Part shown: positions 27,901 through 39,382 of the stretch, one piece after another
Layout of the letters: each line of letters begins with the position of its first letter
Position numbering within the stretch: the first letter of the stretch is position 1
DNA from: Lingula anatina
Taxonomy: Eukaryota; Animalia; Brachiopoda
Length of the DNA stretch: 64,000 nucleotides
Assembly (NCBI GenBank): GCA_051362555.1
Contig: CM120640.1
Coordinates: 24,538,225-24,602,224 of the forward strand
Reading direction: 5' to 3'
Notes under the pieces: model-generated
The model's input: only the letters and a program-made list of their open reading frames with translations
What the model was told of the DNA's origin: nothing
Databases searched by the model: none
Position numbers and translations under genes: made by a program

Positions 27901-30900
27901 CTGGCATTCATTGTAACATACTTTGCAAAGAGACGAAAAAGAATGACATTTGAAAACAAGGCGAACAAAAGAAAAGTGACTGCATGGCCTGTTAATTGCC
28001 ACAGCAATGTTGACTTACTTCCAGCTAATCACGTATTCTAAACACTTCATAGTGTTTGATGTAGAATGCTGATAAAATGAATAGTCTGTACCTTGTCTCA
28101 TAAGAAGAATTGAGTGCAGTGCCATCTGGTCCTTTGCACACAGTACCAATCATCACCTGGTGGTGCTCTATTACATGGGGGTTCTCCAACTGGACTGGAA
28201 ACTCTCTTCAATCATAACAACAGGTGATAAATATATTTATTTAGAGTGAGTTCCCTAACAGAACAAAATTCAATATTGGAATAATACATGCAAATAATTA
28301 TATAAAAAATTATTTTAATAATAAAAATTTGGGGGGGGGGGGGGGGGGGGAGGGGGGGCCGGGGGGAGGAGGAGAGGGATTACTTACATCTGCATCTCAG
28401 CAGTAAAGGAGTTGAGTGGTGCCAGTGTACCACTGGTCAGGATGATACACTTCACGCCATGAGATTCCAAGTCCTTCATGCTGTGCCCTGGACTGAAACA
28501 CCAGTAACTGACTGTACGGCCTAGAAATGAAACAATAGTTTGTTTACAAGCATGTAACTACAAGAATTCTAAACCTGGTAAGACTCATCATTATTAAATA
28601 TGCTTATTTTTTTTACAATCCAGCACAGTGGACATAAGAAATCTGCTCCCTAACTAAATAACAAGCTTTTGTGAAATTTCTTCATAGCTTTCAAAGTATA
28701 CAAGGACTGTACCTTTATTTTCTTGCTTCTTGTTGGTCAACCATACATCTGTTGCTGGTTTCTTTTTCTGCCTACTTGTATCTTCTCTTATGTGAACCTG
28801 ATTAAATCAAAATCTAATCTCAGTGGTGTAAGTTTTTAAAATGAAGAAAATATTAAAGAATATATTTTTTCTTTTAATCTGTTCCTAGAAAAGAAGAGGA
28901 GTGTACCTTGTAGAATTTTGCTAGTTTAGCCTTGTGGTTGTACATGGACTGGTTCATATCATCAGGGTCTCTGCTGAATACAATCTGGAACAGGAAATAG
29001 ATATTTTCAAAAGCAAATCCACATGGCAACTTCCCCTTTTTTTTACAAGCAAAGACCTTTCATGATAAATTTTAATTCTCTTTGTTAAAAAAGCAAATGA
29101 TTTTATAATGGGACTGAAATTTGATTACTTTGCATATAAAATAAAACATCTGATATGTTAAGATAGCAAATATATTAAGAATTTTTTTTACCCTAAGAAT
29201 GTCAGCAAACTTGGAAAGGCCAACCCCTTTGCCATAAAATGCAGATGCTAAAACAAAGTGATGTACTCATAAGTATATACATATGCAGCTTATTCATTAA
29301 TATTTGGAGCTAGAAACTTCTCATATTTTAGCAATATTTTTGTAATGCAACACATGTGCATGTATACACAAATTTTTATCCCAACTATAAATAGTAGCTA
29401 TGAATTGGAAGACCAACTTATACTACACATCACCTTGTAAATTTAAGCAAACTATATAACATTTTCAAATAAATGATAACCACTTACTTTCACTACTGAG
29501 ATGTGTTACAATCTTGTCAATCAAATCCAGCACTTGACTCTTTGTTTCAAAGTTTATGTGAACTTTTCCAAACAGCTCAAATATGTACCTGAAATTGTGA
29601 GAATAACAATTAAACAGTTTTCTTTATGCATAAGACTTATAGATGAATTACAACTGTGAGTCCACCACTCCTTTTCTCGATCCTGCCATCATACTTATCA
29701 GCATTTCTTTGCAAAACATTTCATACATTATGTTATACAATGAACAAAAGTATCTTCCATTACAAAGTTTTACACTACTTACTTTTTACAGCACAAAAAC
29801 CACTCTTTTTTCTTAATACAAGCTTACAATAACTTAAACTGATGTTATAAAGAAGGAAAGTTTATAACCTACTAAATAATAACACAACTAGTAATTCAGT
29901 TGTACTTACACCCCTGCCTTTGTCAAGCCATCTTTAGGTAGTTCAAGTTCATCAAGAGTTTTTTCAAGATCCAGTAGTTGACCTGCATAGCAAAATATAT
30001 GTAACATTCCTAACATTCCAACATTTGTTGATAAAAAATATCTTATACTTCATTTTGTTTTTTATTATTTATCTGATGTTAAATAATGAATGTTGACTGT
30101 CTGTCTAGTTACATAAACTACTTTTCACTTACTTTTTAATTGCAAAACTTGTTGAATATTGAAGTCTGGTGCTGAAAAAAAATCATACATTACACAAATA
30201 TCAATTGAATCTTTTTTTTAAGAAAAATGTTCACAAGTCGTTAAATATGCTCTGCATAGATTAACCAGATTTATACTTGTGCTCTATCAAAAATAAGCAA
30301 CATTTTATCTTACACAGCCTAAGAAAATATCTAATTTTGATTCGTTACCTATTTCAGATTCATCTCCATATGTGACAGTGGCACTCTCTTCTTCTTTATA
30401 CAGGTCTATCATTTTTTCAGACAGTTGTTGCAGTTCTTGTACAGCAGTTGTGAGGTCGTAAGATGTAAAATCAAACGATGAACTGTCTTCACAGATTTTC
30501 TCCTAAAAATTATGATTGTATTTAATGTGTAACTGATATCAATATCATAAAATTATATGATTAAATGGATGACTATAAATATAAAAACACATTTGATTAC
30601 AAAAGAAAAATCAAAATAATAGCACTTACTAGATTATGGGCTTCATCAAAGATGACAACATTTCCTTGCAGTTCAACCCCATTTGCCTTCCTTGACTGAA
30701 TAAATAAATAAATACATAAAGAAACAAACAAACAAAAAATTAATAAAAAACAAACAGAACCAAACCTTTAATTCAATTTCCCAGTGGTACATTTATTTTA
30801 TAAATAAGAACTACAGGACATTAATAATTCATGCTTTAGCATCCCCATTTTGTAACATACATGTGAAACTAAAGAACAACATTTGAAATAAACAACCTGT

Positions 30901-33900
30901 AATTGTAAATCCTTACCTTTGGATCAAGAAGATAGTTGTATGGCATGAATATTATATCTGCATCTGTCTTCACCTCTTTGGCCATATAATATGGACATAC
31001 TCTGTAAAATGAAATAGCATGACATGGATCCCACAAACATAATATGTGCTATAAACATTGGAAGCATGTCATTTAATTTTACAAGAAAGAGACACTTGCA
31101 TAATAATCCTTTTTTCTGAAAATTTTTTTGTGTAACTACAACAATTTGCTACAAAATTTCTCATCCTGAATACACTACACTGCAGCAAGGACTTTATAAT
31201 ATTGCTTCACATTGAGACTAAAGCATAAACTTGATATTCTGTGTACAAATACACACACACAGTGGTCACAGCTAACACATTCAAGCTCCTTACTTGTGTT
31301 TATTTCCCAGTTTGACCAAATCTTCAATGTCTAGTACCTTGGGATCTGCCTGCCCAGTGCCAAAGAAATCAGGGTGGTTCTTTTTTGCTGTTTGGAGAAA
31401 AAAAAAGATAACAATACAAAATGAATATTTTCTAATCAGAGCATTTTTGGAGAAATATTACAGGATTCACAATAACTTTTCACAGCAAAGTGAACTTACC
31501 ATCTAGGTTGTTGAAGAAATGACATGTTCTGGCATTCACCTTGGCTCGGCATGAATTAACCTGAAAACATTTTACAGACTGAATAATGTGACATGCAAAT
31601 GTTATGGAGTATAGGCATAAAAGACCTGTCTAGATTCTTAGGAAATCATAATGGAGTCATTAACTACAATGTTCACTTCAATATGCTATCTACTGATCAC
31701 ACATTCTAAGAACAACCATGGTTTAATGTATATAAAGATCCTATGTGGCCTGGTATTCTGCCTAATGATCATCAGACTACTGCCTGTAGAACAGAAGCAT
31801 ATCAGACACGGCGTGGTTAGTGATTTATGACAGATTTCAAGCCCCAGAAGCCATGTTTTGTGTCATGAACTCGTGAATGACAGGTTTCATCTTTGTCATG
31901 CGTTCATCTCTTCATCCATGCAATCCGTGCACATTCTCACATTTTATCATAATACTTAATTGCAAACCACAATAAAATCCTTGAAAGATTTTTAGTCAAT
32001 TAAGTATAAAATCATTTTCTTGTTCATACTGGCATTGTTTATGCAAGGTATACAAAATGTATGACTCTGTAAGCTTTAGAGATAATTCACTGCACCAAAC
32101 CCCTTTCAGATGCCCATAACCAGAGCAATGACTCAGTTAATGGACAGTCTCCTCAAAATACATAATTTTTGTTCCATTATCTTCCAGCTTGGAGATCAAT
32201 ACTGAATCCTTATTTAAGGTCAAATGTGAGGTTTCCTTCTCACGTCTAATTTTATAACTATTATTTTAACGAAATGAATAACAGGCAAACACATCTGAAA
32301 TATCACTGGAGATTTCTACATTTCAGCCAATTCCTAATACTCAATACTCGCATTTGAAATACCACTGGAGATTTCTAGATTTAAACCAATTCCTATTACT
32401 CAGCGTTCATTCAAGTAATCTAGAAACCTTACTCAGAATTCTATTTTGTTGTGCCTTTCCATATAATAGCTCAATCAAAAAACATCTATCATTGTTAACT
32501 GTCTCGTGGGATGCATGGCTTGCATGTCAATGCATTAGGTTCACTTTCACCAAGAAGCACTTCAACAGACATGACTCATAAAGAGCTGAACGCAGGGTTC
32601 AGATAACACAGTATGTGTACCTTGGCTGTATTGGTTTCTTCTTTTTGTACATTGGGATGGATGCACATCTGGTCTCGAGAACCTAAGATTCCTACTCGAT
32701 AGCTGAAAGTAAAATTCCAAAATTAAACCAATGACAAAAATGATTTTTACACAAGTGAGAAGGACATATATGCTATCATATGGGTAGTTACAGATGATAC
32801 CCATTTTGGATTTTTTTCAAAGGTTACTTTGCATAATATTTACAATACTGATATTATGGGAAAGAAAGTAAATTCAATACTGAGGTGGTGGTAGGGGTCC
32901 CAGTCCTACATAAGAATCCTCACACTCAATATGCCAGCTGTGTCCACATTTCTAAGATCTATATATAAACCCTAAAAACCCAGTAACAACTCAAAGAAAG
33001 GGTCTCTGCCTTCTTCTGTGGTATGTGCATTAATTGATCTAAATCGGCAATGACAACACAGTTTTAAAGAACCACCAAGCAGCAACATATAAATGATATG
33101 AAGAATAATACACTTAGATCATTATTAACATCAGACATCACTGTCTGCAACTGCAGTTCATGCAAAATATCAATCTGTAGATCTTCTGCAAGACTTCACA
33201 TGGTCAAAGTACTGTGATTCATACATTACAATTGCTGACTAATGCTCCTATTGATATGTATGCAAAGCAAAAGCAACACTGGAAGATATGACTGATATTT
33301 TCAGCATAGAAAAAAACTTGATTTATCAGCCTGTCTGTCTTAATCAGCTGTCATAAAAGCATACACAACAGCTCCATAGACAGATCATATCTGTATTTAA
33401 CAAATACACATTTCACATGATCTGGAATTTATTTTCTATGATAGACAGTATGAAGACTACATCTGCGGGACTTACTAGCTGTATTTTGTTCTCTTCAGCT
33501 CCTGTATTGCCTGTGACAGCTGGGAATGTGTTCTAGAGGCATAGATGATCTTTGGAGAAGGTGCTGAAATAAAAGAAATTATATATAAGAGAAAAGACAC
33601 TTTGAATTTATAAAACAAAATAAATAAATAAATAAACAGCCTGTCATGATATTGTTTATATAACAATAAGCTAAATAATGACTTTTTCAAGTCAACCATT
33701 AAAGAGTCAATACTCAAAGAAATTGCCTTGGTGTAAAGAAATCTCTGTCTAATCTAGTAATTTGAAGTTGTTTGAGTTAGACAAATACATAGCTTAAAAT
33801 AGTCCTAATAAGAGCATCACTAAGGAGCAGGGCCCATGAAAGGGTCAATGCATCTTTCATCACCATTCTTTGCCTTAAGCTATGGGTAGAAGCAGGTTCA

Positions 33901-36641
33901 GTCAAGAATTGTTTTTGTCTTGTTATTCCACGGATCTCATTTAGTTGCACACCAGTATCATTCATGATGGTGACTGAGTAGGTTAAAATGCATCTTTAGT
34001 TCAGGATTTAAAGAATGGCTCTTTATTCATATGATGAATAACTTCTTCAGATATTAGGAGGATATATTACACATGTTTATTTGTTCAGCCAGCAAACAAC
34101 CCCACTGGAGTATGTCTGAAGAAAAACTAGAACAAATGATGCACTGATAAGTAACTTTCTCTCACCCTCAAAAGTACTAGGAGAGGTGATCACAAAAAAA
34201 TTGTTGAAATAATGCAGATGTTTTTGGCCAAGTTCATGGGACCTACAACTGCCTATTGATTTTCTAAATCATGCTTCCATTAGAATTTATGTATTAGATA
34301 ATTGCCTAAGGTTGCAACCTACGACTTGGTCTCATGTGCTCCTAAGCTGTAAATCAATAGCAACACCATATACAGTCCCTAAAAGCAAAAATCAACTAGA
34401 ACTGAAGTATGTGTATCAAATGCTTTCACCAAAAGCTAAGATAGTGCTATGGTTTATGAAAATAATATTATTTAATTATATTCATTCCCTCATAATAATA
34501 AAATTTGGCCTTTCCTTAGACAAACAAAACATGAAGAAGCTAAAGTGACCTCAGATTAAAGTGTTAAAATATCACGAGTCTCCAACATAACCTTAAACAT
34601 TTGTAAAATGAAAATTACTCTATATAAATTACATTGTTAATTCTAAAACAAAAATATCCTAAAAGACAAATGGTTTAACGAAAGCAAAACTAAACAAATA
34701 AAAGGTAAAAGATAAATGAATGATGTCCAGTATTCAGTCCAAGCACTTCTTCAGCCAAGATAAGCATGTATGCTATTATCTCCCATTTAACTCTAATGAT
34801 CAATGTAGGAAACACAAATCCCAAATGAACCACAAATACCGCATTAGGACTATGTCATTTACTAAGTAAATTTCCAAGGATAATGCAGCACCTTACACTA
34901 AAAGGCCTTTATTTTATTCTTTACAGACTCATATAATATATATGAATTACTAACCTTCAATACAAACAAATACACTAGTACATACAATACACTTTTCAAT
35001 TCTCACATTTTGAAGATGTAACATTTGTAACAATCTCATTGTTAAACCCTTACCTTAAAAATAGGATAAGCATATCTATATTTCTTAATCCACATACAGG
35101 ATACCAAGGCAATGACTTAACTCAAGTGCGTAATCAAATACAGGGGCTTTGGGATATCAAATAAAAATTGGTTTCAAGTTAAAGCATTATCTGCAAACTA
35201 GAGTAAAAATCAATCAAGATTAATTGACAGACGGACGACATAACATCTTTTCATCTACACAGAACTTCAAAGCACTTCTCTCCATACCATGTTTGGTTCA
35301 AAATGCTTATTATCTTCTTATTTAATTTGATATGATGATCTGACAATAAATCATAAAGGAAAAAAGAAGGTATGAAAGGGGAAATGCAGCGGAATTGTGA
35401 AATGCCAATCATGACACAAAGAATAATAGTCTGAAAACATATATCAAGGAGGCACAGTATATCAATTCACACACTTCTTGAAAACAAAAGCAATTCTTCA
35501 ATTTGGGATGTTGCAAGCTATTTTAGACATTCTACATTGAGCAAAATTAAAATGTTTTTCATTCAAAATTGAAAAGTTACTTCACAAAATATTCCAAAAA
35601 GAGGATAATGGGTGAACCATTGCAAAAGCAAATCATAAAAAGTACTCTAAAAAATGATGAGTGTGGACTTCAGTCTCAATGTTTCACACCACATTTATAT
35701 TAATACCAACCTACTCCCAGTCCACCTGCCCAGATGTTACCAGCAGCTTCTGTCAGCTGTGCCCCCAGGTCGTGAGTAAATCCACTAGAGGCCTCAGCTG
35801 CTAGCTGCTGTCGCTGACTTTCTGCCTTCTTAACATGTAACCAGGCAAGAGATGCACATAGCAGACACAGGGTCTTGCCAGTACCTGTGGGACTTTCCAG
35901 CACACCATTTTTATTCTGAAATATCAATGATAACATAACACCAAGGCATTGTTAATTCTACAAGACAGGAAACAAAAGTCAAAAATTTTTATACACCCTT
36001 TTCAGCTGTAGCAAGTCATCTACATACTCTTCAGTGCTACTATTATTTTCATTCTGTCCTCAGCAAAGCAGAAACATTAGAAGACATTTTCTACAGATCT
36101 TTTGCACTCAAATGTGTCAGTGAAAAACAGACTATAAACTTACATATTTATGAAAAGTTTTTCAACTTTCAATGTGGTTAGTTATAAGATTTCTAGGGAT
36201 ATGTCCACTTTATCAGTGTTATAATCCTCACCATGGAAAGCCTATAACTAAGCATGAAGTTTGTGCTAAATGGTACACATCAGAGAATGTTAATAGGAGT
36301 GCTATGGCATGACACTCTGTTCTAGTCGTTGTCATATGTGCAAAAGAATTTGAACATTGAATATTTTACAAATTTCATTTAAACCATAAAATTACTCCAG
36401 AATTAAATATTTATTTAAGACAAGTATTTTCTTCTAAATGTGATACGGCACATTATTGAGAATGTATAAATACATATATCAGTAGTATTGTTTTAATTAT
36501 AGATATATATTTGATTTTAATATACATCAATACATGTACCTGTTGAAGACATTCTATAACTTTTTGCATGTAATCCTTTTGGCAAGGGTATGGATCAAAT
36601 GGAAAATCAACTGGAACCCCTCTGATAGGTATCGTTGACAT
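21944..36641 (-). CDS. RTEL1: Regulator of telomere elongation helicase 1 (Fe-S DEAH helicase), about 1218 aa, 34 coding exons
   Basis: Exons 36641-36540, 35915-35711 (ESPTGTGKT), 33563-33476 (YASRTHSQL), 32702-32621 ([10 protein letters not shown]), 31560-31500, 31387-31294, 31001-30917 ([12 protein letters not shown]), 30695-30630 (DEAHN), 30502-30349, 30171-30133, 29982-29910, 29588-29488, 29247-29192, 28984-28907, 28797-28713, 28520-28388 (ILTSGTLAP), 28205-28092, 27806-27766, 27590-27505 (FFPSY), 27179-27102, 26862-26785, 26641-26501 (SEGLDF), 26130-26015 (QAIGRVIRH), 25887-25764, 25502-25346, 25110-24995, 24858-24748, 24582-24487, 24091-23947, 23515-23390, 23199-23135, 22982-22619, 22373-22276, 22042-21944. 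All are GT-AG and phase-compatible, totalling 3657 nt. The harmonin-like domain and C-terminal RING separate it from FANCJ/DDX11/XPD. Confidence 0.96.
28331..28378 (+). repeat. Poly-G tract with G-quadruplex potential in an RTEL1 intron
   Basis: G20-A-G7-CC-G6-AGGAGGAGAGGG, ending about 10 nt from the exon 16 donor. Confidence 0.9.
32296..32412 (+). repeat. 59-bp tandem duplication in an RTEL1 intron
   Basis: TGAAATAnCACTGGAGATTTCTAnATTTnAnCCAATTCCTAnTACTCA at 32296 and 32355. Confidence 0.85.
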
Positions 36642-36739
36642 GACCTGATTACTCTTCGATGTAGGTTGTTCACTTAAAGTTCAAAACACATCAAATTATG
36701 AGCACAGTGTTGGGGAAGTACTACGTGCTCTGTGCAGTA

Positions 36740-37112
36740 ATTAATTTCATTTTCAATTTCCCGCTAGTCGTCCACTCAGCAGCTTCAATTTTTCATTCGT
36801 CTTTCGACAATCCCTCTCGATTAGCGACACACGGATAAATTGCATGAGACTTCAGTAAAACACTTAAAAGATCCAAAGACCCTTAAAACTTTATAGTGTG
36901 CAATACAACACTTAAAATAAGTTTTTCAGGCAGTGTCAGTATCTCTCGTAGTAGTTTTAGCCCACTCTTTTACATCGTGAGGAAGTAAATTGTGTTGCTG
37001 AAATCGGCCAATCACGTCCAACACTTTGCTCTACCTATCCAATAGAATTCGAACGCTTTTCCACGTGACCGGATTCAAGTCAAAGCGGGCTTGTATGTTC
37101 CAAGACTGTCAG
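36740..37112. promoter_or_regulatory. Putative bidirectional promoter shared by RTEL1 and stathmin
   Basis: CpG-rich patch between the RTEL1 ATG (36641) and a strong + strand donor CAG|GTAAGT (exon end 37112). It contains TTTCCCGC (E2F consensus, 36757-36764), GGAAGT (ETS, 36981-36986), CCAAT at 37008 and 37039, TTCGAA (37048-37053) and CACGTG (37062-37067). Confidence 0.65.
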
Positions 37113-39382
37113 GTAAGTCAGCAACTTGTGATTAGGGATCAGTCAACTTCTTCGGGTATCTTTCATACACTGAGTTTTTTATTCTTCGACAGCGAATCTA
37201 TACACATTTCCAAGCTACCTTTTGCAGTTTTCAGTATTACGAAACGTAATTACAAGGAAAATATTCCACATAACGCCATCAAACTCAAAGTGCTCGGGTT
37301 TTACTTTTTATTTGTGCAAACAGCTTTTTATCGCAACTAAATGCTTTGGTGGCAGCATTGTAGGCCGTGCCGTTCAATTCCTTCATGGGTTGATTAAGAC
37401 CTTTTGTCTACAGTTTATCTTCTATCTGATAGGAATATTATTCATACTTGTAAAATGGTTAAGAGCATAAAATAATTAAATTAATTTTTAACCTATTTGT
37501 CTATGTGGCTAAACCTTTGGCAATCACATGACAATTAAGGTAGAAGCTCCCTTTTTCCAAATGGCATGTGGCACCCGCAGAATATAATGTCCTGCACTTT
37601 GGTTAAGAATACAATTTAAAAACAAGGGCAAAAAACTTGATACCTATTGAATTTTCCAAACATTAAACATGCAAGCTTATCACTTTAGATGTGTTATTTT
37701 TTATATAACATAATTGCCCAGAAGAGAATGTTTCAGTAAAATGCAAGTTTCCATGTAGCATTTTGTGTCTATATAAATTGTGTATTTAAAACCCTAGAAT
37801 GGATTTATTTGTACAACAAATAGAAAAAATGTGGAGGCTGGTTTGTCACTAGGAATCAATAATGTAAAATATATGGCTGTTTGCAACACTGATTTTCAAT
37901 TGATTACATTCAGTAATAACACTTGGATTTACAGACAGAATGTTTCATTAAGTCAGTTAAAAAATAAAATAAAAATTTCCATTAATTTAGAAATGAAAAT
38001 ATGCAGTTAAGACCCAGAAAGTTGAGACTATTTTGATGAATATTTAGTGTAATATAGTGACCTCATCCATTTTTTTCTATTGTATGGTCTTGATAAAAAA
38101 AATGAGAATAGAATGTTTTTCAAAAAAAATTTTTCACTTAACTTTCATAATTTTTAAATTCAGTCAGTCATGAGAGAGCCCATGCTATACTCCCATCCTT
38201 TCACAGGTTAGAATTACTATATACATAGACCTTATTACTGCTGGTTGCAAATGGGACTAAAACATTTATCTACTGTACATAGGCCTATTTTTTCCTTTTT
38301 TTGCCAGACCAAGAATCATATATTTATTCTTGACTGAATCACAGACAGATGAATATTTTGCAGGCTATGAGTCATCCTTTTGAGTGAAATCTAATGAGAA
38401 ATGTTATGCAGGGTAAAGCTGGATCATTGCCATGACAACCACATGAATTTTGTAATTTTACATATATACTTTTCACCAAATTTTGATATACAAAATTCAG
38501 ATTTTGCAATCATTAAAAAAATTATAACCATATATGAAAAGGCCAGAATGATATAACATGGTTACTGCTGCACAGGTGCTTTTTTGTATTGACCAGGAAT
38601 GGCAGACAGATACTTTAAAATGCTATGAGCAGCCTAAATGATATTAATATTGATCGTAGATGTCTGCATGTTGATTAGTCTAGCTTTAGTAGGGTGTGCG
38701 GTCTCCGTCTTAGCAGTGTGCAAATGTTAGAGGACTGAACACTACAGCTTTTAGTTTTCTTCTGAGATTAGGAGCTACTGTGTACAATTGCTATCATATG
38801 GAGAACTAACTGATATAGTGGAAGGATTCTGAGTAGAGTTGGCATCTTGGTTTTTGGAATGCAGGTAATGGATTTCTTAATGTTGGTCAAGCTTTTTACA
38901 ATTAGAAATTTTGATGCATAATGTGTTCTTTTTGAAAGCTAAGAATAGGGAACAAAAATTTTTAGAAATGAGAAGAATCATGAATTTTTGGTTTAGATGT
39001 GCATGGGCTTTGTTTCACATATGTATTTTCATCTGATGGTGCCTTCTGTCTGCATTGATTAACCATTGGTCTACAATGATGTCATACTGAGTGGGAGCAT
39101 ATATTATGTAAAAATATCTGATATCCAATTTTTGTGTCCAGTCAGTGCGGTATCTGCAGCTATGCTTTTGGGCTTTATTGATTAACTTTTATGCAGAACT
39201 GGAGAAATATGCACGTTGCATAACAGCTGGCTTACTTAGGTTATTTGGTTTATTTGACGCTGTTGCTTTTATTTCAGTGCTTATTTTGAGGGAAGGATAA
39301 ATGGTCTCAGGTCTTTTTTTTTCCTTGCAGATCTTGTCTGAAGTGAGTTCCTGGTGCCTTTAATTCAACACAATTCTACACA

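Noticed and set aside
38700-38870. Possible extra stathmin 5' exon with donor CAG|GTAATG at 38864
   Set aside because: No clear acceptor or promoter and no in-frame coding contribution; cannot be supported without transcripts.
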